Positions 35,940 through 45,591 of a stretch of 63,912 bases of DNA are shown piece after piece. Source of the DNA: Candidatus Poseidoniales archaeon (GTDB taxonomy: Archaea; Thermoplasmatota; Poseidoniia; Poseidoniales; Thalassarchaeaceae); assembly GCA_012959435.1 (NCBI GenBank), contig DUDF01000145.1, positions 1-63,912 on the forward strand, given 5' to 3'. Position 1 is the first letter of the stretch. Every line of letters begins with the position of its first letter. The notes beneath the pieces were generated by a model. That model was not told the DNA's origin, ran no database searches, and saw only the letters and a list, made by a program, of their open reading frames with translations. Both the position numbers and the translations under genes were made by a program.

Positions 35940-37769
35940 TTGAACAGCGGAGAAACAGACACACAGAAAGTAGTGAACTACCTTATTGATCACGTAAATC
36001 TTCTAGCATCTAACGGTGCTTCTGATGTAATTGTCCTAAATATGCCACCGCTTGAGAAAACCCCCACCTATTCAGGAGAAACTGACAGCGATAAACAAGC
36101 ACTCAATGCTAGAATGATTGATTTCAATGCAAAACTTGACACAGCAATGGTTGCAAGAGAAAGTGCACTTAATATTAGTATTCAAGTAATCAACATCTTT
36201 GAAATGTTTGAAACTATTTACTGGAATAGTTCATTCTATGGATTCTCTAATGTCACTCATGCGGCATGTCACCATGACGGCTTCACCTGTGACTCAAACG
36301 ACTACATTGAACCGACTGTTGATGAGTTTATTTTCTTTGATAATATTCACCCAACCGGAACTACACATTTGCTGTTGGGCATGTATGTAAATGAGCAACT
36401 TGGCACACCAGATACTGATGGTGATGGGATTGAAGATAGTTCAGATAATTGTGCCTTCACCCCAATCGGTGATGCTGTAAACCACTTTGGATGCAGATTA
36501 GTGGACCTTGATAGTGATAATGACGGAGTCAATGACTTGATTGACCAATGTCCAGGTACAACCCTTAACGCTACTGTAGATGAGAATGGTTGTTCTGATT
36601 ATCAGAAGGATACTGATGGAGATGGGGTTAATGATGCTGAAGACATCTGTGCAAATACATCTCCAATGGGAATTGGGGTTGACTCTTATGGGTGTGCTGA
36701 TTATCAAAAGGATACTGATGATGACGCTATCACAGATGATGTAGATTCTTGTCCTAACACAGACACCAACTGGAGTGTAAACATCGTAGGATGTGCAGAA
36801 AACCAGATTGATAGTGATTGGGATGGTGTGATGAATCATTTAGACTCCTGTCCTAATACTGAATCAGGGGTAGATGTAAACCAAACTGGATGTTCCCTCT
36901 CTCAAATTGATAGCGATTCTGATGGAGTGAATGATTTAATTGATCAATGTCCTGATACCCCCACAGGAACAACTGTTGATGAATCAGGTTGCGCACTTTC
37001 TCAATTAGACAGCGATTTTGATGGAGTAAATGATTTGATAGATATCTGTGACCTAACGCCAAATGATGAAATAGCAAATTTAGAAGGTTGCTCCCCTAGT
37101 CAACGAGATAGCGATAATGATGGACGAAACGATGCACTTGATGACTGCCCATTTTCATTTGGTTCAATCAGAGGTTGCCCAAGCATGTCAATTGGTATTG
37201 AAGTGATACACTGGCCTAACAGTCATGATGACTCGGCAATAATTCGGGTTAACTTCAGTTGCGAAAAGAATTGCATTTTCAGAACGATTATTCTTTCTGA
37301 AAATTTGGAAAACCAAAGTGAGAGGGTGTTTGACCTTACCATTGAACCACATGAAGGAGAATTTGAAGCAGTACTTCGGATTGAACATCTCTCTTCATGG
37401 GCAGAGAAACGAGTTACTTTCTACTGGCCTGCAGCCCCCGTTGACGTTGAAGATTCTGGGACTCAAATTGATGAAAACACTTCATCTGACCAATTAGATG
37501 AAGGGGATGAAAATACTATTGAAACCGAATCGTGGAAATCATCTCAAACTGTGAACTATCTTTTAGCGATACTAATCATTATTGGTATCACTATGACTAT
37601 TGGTTCTATTTTGAGAAATACTAGAACTAGAGGAGGAGGGTTGAATCAGCAACGAATGTGGCACGATCCATCGACCATCTCAACAAGAGAAGTTGAAAGA
37701 GAATTAAATAAAATACCTAATCACACACCTATTGATAATGATTCTGAATTAACAGATGAGTCAAAGTAA
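35940..37769 (+). CDS. C-terminal part of the same SGNH/GDSL hydrolase (blocks III and V), with 8 thrombospondin type-3-like Ca-binding repeats and a TM anchor
   Basis: This frame is open from 35877 and encodes ...VAVWGGGNNFL (block III) and FFDNIHPT (block V). Repeats of the type DSDNDGVNDLIDQCPGT x8. TM YLLAILIIIGITMTIGSIL. Confidence 0.7.
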   Translation: MNSGETDTQKVVNYLIDHVNLLASNGASDVIVLNMPPLEKTPTYSGETDSDKQALNARMIDFNAKLDTAMVARESALNISIQVINIFEMFETIYWNSSFYGFSNVTHAACHHDGFTCDSNDYIEPTVDEFIFFDNIHPTGTTHLLLGMYVNEQLGTPDTDGDGIEDSSDNCAFTPIGDAVNHFGCRLVDLDSDNDGVNDLIDQCPGTTLNATVDENGCSDYQKDTDGDGVNDAEDICANTSPMGIGVDSYGCADYQKDTDDDAITDDVDSCPNTDTNWSVNIVGCAENQIDSDWDGVMNHLDSCPNTESGVDVNQTGCSLSQIDSDSDGVNDLIDQCPDTPTGTTVDESGCALSQLDSDFDGVNDLIDICDLTPNDEIANLEGCSPSQRDSDNDGRNDALDDCPFSFGSIRGCPSMSIGIEVIHWPNSHDDSAIIRVNFSCEKNCIFRTIILSENLENQSERVFDLTIEPHEGEFEAVLRIEHLSSWAEKRVTFYWPAAPVDVEDSGTQIDENTSSDQLDEGDENTIETESWKSSQTVNYLLAILIIIGITMTIGSILRNTRTRGGGLNQQRMWHDPSTISTREVERELNKIPNHTPIDNDSELTDESK

Positions 37770-37861
37770 GCATCCATTGACATCATGGGATTACCTACTG
37801 TATGGCCTTTGTAATTAGAGACAATTAGCCCATAATTACCATTTATCTGTTAAAGAAAGGG

Positions 37862-38170
37862 TGCGAGGGAGTAGGGAGTAAGCCCCTTTTTGTTCGCCTT
37901 TCGGTTAGCTGCATTCAACTTAGCGTCCTACCCGTTCCTCTTCCATACGCGTCAACAGAACTGTTTGGACTTGCACCAGCGCGGTTGCTCGTCTCAGCCG
38001 GTAACAGACAATCTCCTCCTTTCGGATTCACAGTACTCGACTGCACCGGTTCGTTGCTTAAGCAGAGCCAGCCCTTCCGGACTCCCGAAATGAATCGGGG
38101 CACCTGCATGGTGGAGAGGGGACTTTCCTCAGTGTCGTACACTGTCAGCAGCCCTCCTACTCCCTCGCAA
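37862..38170 (-). ncRNA. rnpB: RNase P RNA (archaeal type-A-like)
   Basis: Minus strand has CR-I GAGGAAAGTCCC (38119-38130) and a CR-V-like ACAAAAAGGGGCTTAC (GGCTTAC at 37878-37884). The terminal P1 helix pairs gcgagggagtagg... with ...cctactccctcgc. About 310 nt, GC-rich relative to its flanks. Confidence 0.8.
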
Positions 38171-38268
38171 CCCTAACGACCCAGCCACTCTGCTATCAAG
38201 GGAACGGATTGATAGAACTGAAATATTGGACCAATGATTAGGTCAAGACCTTCAATGGAATCGCCAAA

Positions 38269-41200
38269 TTAACTTGATGGGGGGGGCTGTCCACCTGATT
38301 GATAATATTCTTGATATTGTTGTTGGTAGGCTTGCCACTGAGCCTCAGTCCACTGCTGAGATTGCTGTCCCGTAGGTTGCGGAACAGGTTGTTGAGAGGG
38401 CTGTTGTTGGGATGGATATTGTTGATTATTCACCTGTGGGACTTGTTGCTGATGATATCCAACCTGTTCTTGACCCCAAGTTTGCTGATTCTGATAATCA
38501 GGGGTTGGTGATTGAACTCCAGCCATTGCTTCAGATGGGCTAGCATAAGTGGATTCTGTTTTCTTATCATCTTCCCACTCATCGTCCCAATCATCCGTGC
38601 CGTCAAGAGACGATTCTGAGGAACCACCTGATCGTAAAGCCAATGAAACGGTAAGTGTGAGAATCAGTAATAGCACTGCAATAATGACTAACCAAGACAT
38701 TGGAACACCTTCAAGCACCCCTGAAAGTGCCTCGTCGTTACCTGTCTGTTTGATATTGATATGATTTCCTTCAAGTGAACTACCATCCTCTAGTGTGATT
38801 ACGACCCATCTCTCACCTTTTGTCTCTGGAATCCAATCAATATCGTAGGTTAATCTCTCATCGACCGGCACAACAACAGATATTGGAACTGGAGTTAGTG
38901 AACGATTCGCTCCATCTCTACCCACTTCATAAGCAAAGAATTTCATGCTGCCAGTAGCAAAACCGCTGTTTCTGAATTCTATCGTAACCATTGTTGTCTG
39001 GTCAATTTCAAGGTCACCACTTCGAGAATATGTGACTTGAGTTAATTCAATATCTGCCGCAAGGTGCTCAATATCCCATGATGCAAATGGTGAAGAACCG
39101 CTATTGAACAGTGTAGAAGACTGCATTCCATTACCTGCTAAGTCACTTCCTTTAACCCAAACTGACAAGACTAATGCATCCGAGAAAGAATCTTCAGGTA
39201 GACGACTTGCAACATCAAAAGTTGCGGAAGCAGCGATTGATTGCCCAACAGGTGAGCCAGACACATTCATAGGAGATGAACCTTCAATCAATGCCGCACC
39301 ATTTAGCGAACTAGCATAAGAAACTTTGAAGAAAAGTTGCAGAGAATCAAGATTGAGTTTTTCTTGTTCAGAAAGTCGTAACTCAATTCTAACTTCAGAT
39401 AAATCTGCTAAGAGAATATGTGTCCCTTCACGAGGTGCATCAATAGATACGGGCAAAGGTGGATTACTATCAACCTCTATCCAAAACAAGGTTTCGGTCG
39501 GATCAGTTGCATCTACAGCTTCTGGAGGAAGCCCTGTCAATTCAAAGGAAAGAGCGTGGCTTTTTGATTCGCTCGGCGCAGTAAGTTGAGACAAAAAGTA
39601 TCCATTTATGGTGGAAGTTACTAACCTCTGACCATCAAGTAGAATTGACACATCAAACGGTAAAGTAGGTGTTAAGCCAGTTTCCACAAAAGTCACTTGC
39701 CCTGAGATGTTTAATCCTGTACCTGGTTTCACCCAAACGCTTTGGTCAATTATTGTCCCACCTTCAGATTCCAAAAGTATGCTATCTGATGAAATTGCTA
39801 AATTAGGTGAGTAGCGCCATCGCAATTGTGGCAATTCTAACCATGATTCTGCTCCCCCCCTATCTCTAACAGTAATCGCAGGAGCACGCCGGAGGTCATT
39901 CTCAAGAGAAAGCCCCCAATCAAGAGTGAATTCCATGCGTAATTCCAATTCACTGCTGAAAGGTGTGATTTCACCAGTACGTGCATGGATATGACATGAA
40001 CTAACAATCAGATATTGTCCGGTGCCGTTGCATCGGTTTGTTGTCGCATTCCAAAGAACTTCTAATGAGTCAACAATTGAATTACTTGCGAGTTGAAATT
40101 GAACATAATCCAAATCAGCCAAACCATTTGGTTCATCGAATGGAATCACAATTTCATACAGTATTGCCGGATGTAACCAACTATGGTCACCATCAACGAA
40201 TCCACCTTGCCCAACTATCCAAGGCGCACCATCTTGTGCCAATTGGTAAGTGAATAGTTGCTCATCTACTCCTGGTCCACCACCACGAGTGATTTCATTT
40301 CCAGCAGCATCCGAACCACTGATGTAGCCAGCAACTATTCCCCCGTTAGGCCCATCAGTATCATCAAATGAAAATGAGTAATTACCTTGTGCTTGACTCG
40401 TGTTTGATGGACTCTGCATTGTATATTCAATGAATTCAGTGGCATTTGGATTACCATCAGCATTGAAATCATCAACCCAATCCCTCCATAACATCAGAGA
40501 AAGATCGTCTGGCAGTACTGGCCTATCATATATCTCTACCTTGATTAATTGGTTCAAAGAATGTTCTAGGTGGTCAAATTTACGAATGTTCTGATTAATG
40601 GCCATTGGCGCTAATGAGTCAATTTCATATGTCCTATTCAATGTGATTGAAGATGTATTTTCTTGTTGATACAAAGTGTAGGCATCTATCCTGTATTCTA
40701 CTGGTTGTGAACTAAGAGGTGTGTTTAGGCTAAAATCTATAGAGCCATTAACTAATGATGTGCTATTAGCAACTACCACACCATTTTCAAACACCCTAAC
40801 CGCCACATCTCCGGCTCTTGGGGCGAGCCATCGGTCAATTCCAGGGAACCCAAGGTCAACACTAATTGTAATAGGTGAGTTTGATTGAAGATACTGCCTA
40901 TTTGTAGGAATAGGATCACCGTGTTGGTTGTACATTTCCCACGAGACGACCTCCACATCATTCTCAATGGCCAAGTTTTGCCCAACTCCGAAAGCTTGCA
41001 ACTTCGGAACACTTCTTCTACCATCAATCAACACCAATCTGACTTTCATCGTCATACTTGGATCATCATCCCAGGATGCATTCAATCGGAACCTCATCAT
41101 ACTATCAACATCAGAACCGTTGATATTCATTTCACAACCATCACCCTGCTTCCACTGAACCATCTCTGCATCAACTGAACCGAGAACAATTGCTAGGGTG

Positions 41201-43527
41201 CCATCATTCTGACAAAGCATCCTGACTTGATGCATTGTTCCAATCAAATCCATCTGGACAGCGGCAACCGTTCCTGCAGGTGCAGTGTGTGTGGTACTAA
41301 CCTCAATCCATTGCCTAGATGGGGCAAGGGTAGTCGTACCATTCAAAATGGTCAACGAATCAGTGGTCATTTCATTACTATAATTTAGTGAAGTGATAGT
41401 TGCAATAAGGGAACCTGGATTACTCATTTGTACAGTAAGTGGGACAAATTTTGAGCCACCGGATATTGTACTATATGGTATCACATCATTAACAGCCCAA
41501 ACCATTCCATCCCCTGAATCATACGATAAGTAGGCGGTTGGATGGTGTACTGCTGCAATACCACCAAGTTGAACGCCACCATAATTACTAGTTACAGAAA
41601 ATACTGCTTGAACATACTCAATTCCAGTTTGAATCCCAGGAGATGGCCAAATTGATGTACTGTTTGTGAGCAAAGAATTGATGTCAATAATTTCTCCTGG
41701 CGTCATAACCACTAGGTTAACTGCACTAGTAGTACCAATTGCCCTACTCATCACTTCTGTGCCTGAAATAGTTAGGCTAGTAGAAAGATTTTCAACCCCT
41801 GAAGAAGATGGGGAAAGTGTGTAACTCATCGCATCAAGGCCATCTTTAGGTAACCAAACACCTATCTGCTTTGTACCGGATGTAGTCCAAGTAAAATCTT
41901 TCGAATAGGCACCGTCTGAAAGCCTATCTTGCCATCCCCATTTCCCAATACTAGGGTTGTCAATACTCCACTCAGTTATTCCATCTTCCCCAACATCTAT
42001 TCTTGGTAATTCAGGCATCCCGCCAGTATCAATTTGGATATCTATTTCCCTTAAGTCAGAAGATGATGAACTACCTGTCCAACGAAATTGTACTTTGTGG
42101 GAATAAGTAGACAGGGTTTGCCAGGTACCTTGAGGTGCATTAGCCCATGCGTTATCATTTATTTTCATCTGCCAAATACCAGAACCAGATGATGTTACAT
42201 CTGTCCGTATTCTTGAAATTGGCCGCCTTAATTCTAGAATTGGAGAATCAATAGTTCCACTGCCGGGGTAAGAGTTACCATCCCAATTCAGGCTTCCAGT
42301 CCACCCAGGATTTGAGTTAAATGATGACACGTATCTTCCTTGGACATGTACCCCATGAACAATTGGTGAACTAGCCCCAGTGGGCTGATTCAAATATAAT
42401 TTAATTCTTAATGTTTGGTGCTTTTCAGAGTCAATCCCACCTAAATCGTGAACATATGTGTTGATGTTCTCATAGCCCGGGATTGGCTGTTTCGAAATAC
42501 CATCAAGAATAGTCCAAGTAAGAGATGAGCCGGTTGGAACTGTTGCATCAATACTCATCAAACCATATGCGCCTTTTTGAGATTGTAATGAACCTGTGGC
42601 AGAGGGACCAAAAGCCGGAGAGGTCCAATTCGCTCCCGTTCCTAATCCAGCTCCTGCTGGTTTGAATTCAACATCATCAACATTCCAACCGGTGTATGTG
42701 ACCGAACCATCAGTTCTTCCAAGTTTGAATCGAACCTGAAGATTAGAGTTTCCATTAACATGACTTGAGATATCGTGAGACATTTGCGTCCAAGTGCTCG
42801 GGTTTACTGAACCTCCGCTCCAATCCCAAACCGTCACCCAACTCCCTTGTTGATTTTTAACATGGACTTGGGCGTCATCATAGTAATATGATTCAATACC
42901 CAAACGCTTCCAGTACTTCAATTGCCAACTACCTGAGCAAGAACTGCAATCAACAACCGGTGATGTCGCAAAATATCCTGAAGAAGGGACATTATTTGGG
43001 TAATTTCCATTGTATGTGTAAATCGCTTTGGTCCCAGCATGAACGCCACCGTTTTGACCTAGGCTTGAATCATATCCCCAATACCAACCTGTACCCATTG
43101 TCCAACCTGAAGCAGCGAATGCGGCGCTATTTGGATATTCAAAATCCCAACCAATTTCCCTTGGTTGGACCTTCATTCCTTCTGTGCCATTGAAATTAAC
43201 ACCATCCGTAATGGATCCAGACATATTCCAATCTGAAACCGAATCCCATGAAACCGACTCTGTCCGAGGTAAAATGTGGGGTCCAAGTGAAAGGCCAAGT
43301 CCCGTAACGGCATGGTCAACTGGGACTTCTAATTGCAACGCATTTGAGGTGCCATCAGGGTGACTAACCACAGAAACAGTAGTTGGTGCATTCAATCCAG
43401 TCTCCATATTTTTGACGGCACCTGGAAGAGTTGTGGGTTCAATCAACAATGGTGCCAAAGAAGATATGACAAAAATTAGGAAAAGAAATGCGGCGGGAAG
43501 ACAGGGCCTTGGACTACGCCGCATCAT
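38269..43527 (-). CDS. Giant (1752 aa) secreted surface protein with a single C-terminal TM and a Q/P-rich cytoplasmic tail
   Basis: Signal peptide MMRRSPRPCLPAAFLFLIFVISSLAP. N-terminal MAM / choice-of-anchor-J-like module (...QVRFKLGRTDGSVTYTGWNVDDVEF). TM WLVIIAVLLLILTLTVSLAL. Tail QQQVPQVNNQQYPSQQQPSQQPVPQPTGQQSQQW... Confidence 0.85.
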   Translation of the reverse strand: MMRRSPRPCLPAAFLFLIFVISSLAPLLIEPTTLPGAVKNMETGLNAPTTVSVVSHPDGTSNALQLEVPVDHAVTGLGLSLGPHILPRTESVSWDSVSDWNMSGSITDGVNFNGTEGMKVQPREIGWDFEYPNSAAFAASGWTMGTGWYWGYDSSLGQNGGVHAGTKAIYTYNGNYPNNVPSSGYFATSPVVDCSSCSGSWQLKYWKRLGIESYYYDDAQVHVKNQQGSWVTVWDWSGGSVNPSTWTQMSHDISSHVNGNSNLQVRFKLGRTDGSVTYTGWNVDDVEFKPAGAGLGTGANWTSPAFGPSATGSLQSQKGAYGLMSIDATVPTGSSLTWTILDGISKQPIPGYENINTYVHDLGGIDSEKHQTLRIKLYLNQPTGASSPIVHGVHVQGRYVSSFNSNPGWTGSLNWDGNSYPGSGTIDSPILELRRPISRIRTDVTSSGSGIWQMKINDNAWANAPQGTWQTLSTYSHKVQFRWTGSSSSSDLREIDIQIDTGGMPELPRIDVGEDGITEWSIDNPSIGKWGWQDRLSDGAYSKDFTWTTSGTKQIGVWLPKDGLDAMSYTLSPSSSGVENLSTSLTISGTEVMSRAIGTTSAVNLVVMTPGEIIDINSLLTNSTSIWPSPGIQTGIEYVQAVFSVTSNYGGVQLGGIAAVHHPTAYLSYDSGDGMVWAVNDVIPYSTISGGSKFVPLTVQMSNPGSLIATITSLNYSNEMTTDSLTILNGTTTLAPSRQWIEVSTTHTAPAGTVAAVQMDLIGTMHQVRMLCQNDGTLAIVLGSVDAEMVQWKQGDGCEMNINGSDVDSMMRFRLNASWDDDPSMTMKVRLVLIDGRRSVPKLQAFGVGQNLAIENDVEVVSWEMYNQHGDPIPTNRQYLQSNSPITISVDLGFPGIDRWLAPRAGDVAVRVFENGVVVANSTSLVNGSIDFSLNTPLSSQPVEYRIDAYTLYQQENTSSITLNRTYEIDSLAPMAINQNIRKFDHLEHSLNQLIKVEIYDRPVLPDDLSLMLWRDWVDDFNADGNPNATEFIEYTMQSPSNTSQAQGNYSFSFDDTDGPNGGIVAGYISGSDAAGNEITRGGGPGVDEQLFTYQLAQDGAPWIVGQGGFVDGDHSWLHPAILYEIVIPFDEPNGLADLDYVQFQLASNSIVDSLEVLWNATTNRCNGTGQYLIVSSCHIHARTGEITPFSSELELRMEFTLDWGLSLENDLRRAPAITVRDRGGAESWLELPQLRWRYSPNLAISSDSILLESEGGTIIDQSVWVKPGTGLNISGQVTFVETGLTPTLPFDVSILLDGQRLVTSTINGYFLSQLTAPSESKSHALSFELTGLPPEAVDATDPTETLFWIEVDSNPPLPVSIDAPREGTHILLADLSEVRIELRLSEQEKLNLDSLQLFFKVSYASSLNGAALIEGSSPMNVSGSPVGQSIAASATFDVASRLPEDSFSDALVLSVWVKGSDLAGNGMQSSTLFNSGSSPFASWDIEHLAADIELTQVTYSRSGDLEIDQTTMVTIEFRNSGFATGSMKFFAYEVGRDGANRSLTPVPISVVVPVDERLTYDIDWIPETKGERWVVITLEDGSSLEGNHINIKQTGNDEALSGVLEGVPMSWLVIIAVLLLILTLTVSLALRSGGSSESSLDGTDDWDDEWEDDKKTESTYASPSEAMAGVQSPTPDYQNQQTWGQEQVGYHQQQVPQVNNQQYPSQQQPSQQPVPQPTGQQSQQWTEAQWQAYQQQYQEYYQSGGQPPPSS

Positions 43528-43641
43528 GTTCAGAGAACATGGTTAGGTTTGTCAATGATTCGGCGGAAGGTTACAGACCATTCAGGCATGTTTTAGCCCA
43601 AAATGATATGCTCCCCCCGCCCACCGGGGGGTTTGAGAGCA

Positions 43642-44343
43642 ATGGATGAGGTTGAGGCGGCTAAACAATCTGCAGGCATTGCAGCCTGCGATTTTGTGAC
43701 GAGTGGAATGGATGTAGGACTTGGTACTGGGTCAACAGTAAAACACACCGTGATTGAACTAGGCAGAAGGATGGCTGAAGAAGGGCTGGATATTCGAGGA
43801 GTCCCTACTAGCATTGAAACAGAAAAATTGGCTAGAAGTCTTGGGATCCCACTACTTGAATGGGACCAAGTTGGACGCTTGTCAGTAACTATAGACGGGG
43901 CAGATGAGTTCGATTCTAAATTTCATTTAATCAAAGGCGGAGGTGGTGCCCTCACCCGAGAAAAGATTGTTGCACAAGTGTCAGATTCAATGGTTGTCGT
44001 GACAGACCCGCGCAAAGATGTACCTACTTTAGGAGAATTTCCTTTGCCTGTTGAAGTCGTTCAATTCGGTTGGGAAATCACCTCTAGACACTTGCAAAAT
44101 CTCTGCCCCGGACCAGCAACTAGACGAGGTGGTGATCAACCTTTAATCACCGACAATGGGAATTTCATCATTGATTGCAAGTTCGGCCCTACAATTTCTG
44201 ACCCTGTAGCCCTTGAAGCACAGATTCGTGGTGTTGCTGGAGTTGTCGAAGTCGGGCTATTCACAAACATGGCAGATGTGGTCATCATCGGTTCAAACGC
44301 TGGAACTGAAGTGAGAATCAAACCCAACGGTAGACTGTCTTGA
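43642..44343 (+). CDS. rpiA: Ribose-5-phosphate isomerase A
   Basis: VGLGTGSTV, TIDGADEFD and KGGGGALTREK. Start at MDEVEAAK (43642). Confidence 0.9.
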   Translation: MDEVEAAKQSAGIAACDFVTSGMDVGLGTGSTVKHTVIELGRRMAEEGLDIRGVPTSIETEKLARSLGIPLLEWDQVGRLSVTIDGADEFDSKFHLIKGGGGALTREKIVAQVSDSMVVVTDPRKDVPTLGEFPLPVEVVQFGWEITSRHLQNLCPGPATRRGGDQPLITDNGNFIIDCKFGPTISDPVALEAQIRGVAGVVEVGLFTNMADVVIIGSNAGTEVRIKPNGRLS

Positions 44344-44391
44344 TTTCCTACATCCGTTTCCGTCAAATAGGGGTGGCACGCCCGGCAAGGC

Positions 44392-44468
44392 GGGCCACTA
44401 GCTTAGTCAGGTAGAGCGACGGACTCTTAATCCGTCGGTCGCGGGTTCGAACCCCGTGTGGCCCGCCA
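44392..44468 (+). tRNA. tRNA-Lys (anticodon CUU), CCA encoded
   Basis: GGGCCAC...ACGGA-CTCTTAA-TCCGT...GCGGG-TTCGAAC-CCCGT-GTGGCCC-G-CCA. Confidence 0.9.
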
Positions 44469-44506
44469 AATTACTGATTTGAAAATAACCAGTTCAAAAG
44501 TTGGAC

Positions 44507-45496
44507 TCATTCTGTTATGGTGGTCCCAGCAGCCCCTCGCATTGTTTCGATGACATCACCTGGTTGGCATAGAGATACAGACATTTCAGAGCCATTTTGT
44601 TTGGCAAATAGCATGGCTTCAATCTTTGGCCCCATACTCCCAACTGGAAATTGTCCGTCCTCTAGATATTGGTTGGCTTCGGAAATTGACATGGTGGTTA
44701 TATTACGCTCATTATCACTACCGAAATCTAATTTCACCGAATCTATTGCAGTTGAAATAAATAGAAAGTCAGCATTTAATGACACAGCCAACAGAGCGCT
44801 TACTCGGTCCTTATCAATCACGGCTTCAACTCCTTGTATACCCCTCTTACTAGAAACCACAGGAATCCCACCTCCACCAGCACATAATACCACTGCACCA
44901 GCAGAAATCAGAGTCTCTATCGCATCTGAATCAATTATTGAAATTGGCTTTGGCGATGCAACAACGCGGCGTGGTCCTGCATCAGCATTAGTAATTCCAA
45001 TTTCCCAATTACTTGGAACAGTATCTAAATCATCAATGATTGGGCCAATGGGTTTTGTTGGCGAATTAAATGCAGAGTCATTTGCATCAACTTCAACCCG
45101 CGTAAGTAAAGTCACAACCTGTTCATGCCTACCTCTTGCACGTAGGATGTTCTCAAGATTAGTAGCAATCTCATGCCCAAGAGTTCCTTGAGTTGCCGCT
45201 ACCCAATTGTCTAGGCCGAGTGGTTGTGGTGTGAAATTTGATGAGGTACCTCTTCTACGATCAAAAAGCGATTCTTCCATTAACAACAATTCACCAACCT
45301 GTGGACCGTTGCCATGTGTTAGAACAACTCGGATACCGGCCTCTAATAGGTCAACTACATCCTCGAGGACATCATTCATAATTTCCTCCGCTGCACTACG
45401 CGCCTCCGCCCCCTTTAGAGCAGGGTCTGAGAGTGCATTTCCACCAACCGCGTAGACCGCTAATCGGGAAGATGACCTCGGTGGGATATCAGTCAT
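44507..45496 (-). CDS. arcC: Carbamate kinase
   Basis: VVLTHGNGPQVG and the GGGGIPV region (CAGGGGIPVV). 329 aa, amino-acid kinase fold. Confidence 0.85.
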   Translation of the reverse strand: MTDIPPRSSSRLAVYAVGGNALSDPALKGAEARSAAEEIMNDVLEDVVDLLEAGIRVVLTHGNGPQVGELLLMEESLFDRRRGTSSNFTPQPLGLDNWVAATQGTLGHEIATNLENILRARGRHEQVVTLLTRVEVDANDSAFNSPTKPIGPIIDDLDTVPSNWEIGITNADAGPRRVVASPKPISIIDSDAIETLISAGAVVLCAGGGGIPVVSSKRGIQGVEAVIDKDRVSALLAVSLNADFLFISTAIDSVKLDFGSDNERNITTMSISEANQYLEDGQFPVGSMGPKIEAMLFAKQNGSEMSVSLCQPGDVIETMRGAAGTTITE

Positions 45497-45591
45497 GGAG
45501 AACTTAGGCCATGCTACTCACGAATAGATGTATTCCGCCGTTGTAAGGGCTCGGTTAAAATGGAAGTAGTGATTCGCAAAGCCAAGGGTGG

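Noticed and set aside
36415-37150. Periodic DNA repeats that could be mistaken for a CRISPR-like or satellite array
   Set aside because: They are in frame and encode thrombospondin type-3-like DxDxDG..D..D.C calcium-binding repeats. Unit lengths and spacers vary at the DNA level. I saw no CRISPR array anywhere in the window.
44517-45191. Long antisense ORFs opposite well-supported genes (also 2109-2597, 23246-23716, 47208-47885, 58416-59027, 10806-11147)
   Set aside because: Each lies entirely within a gene that has strong family motifs on the other strand (arcC, UbiA, truD, PdaD-like, PlsC, cbf5). Their composition looks like typical antisense artefact.
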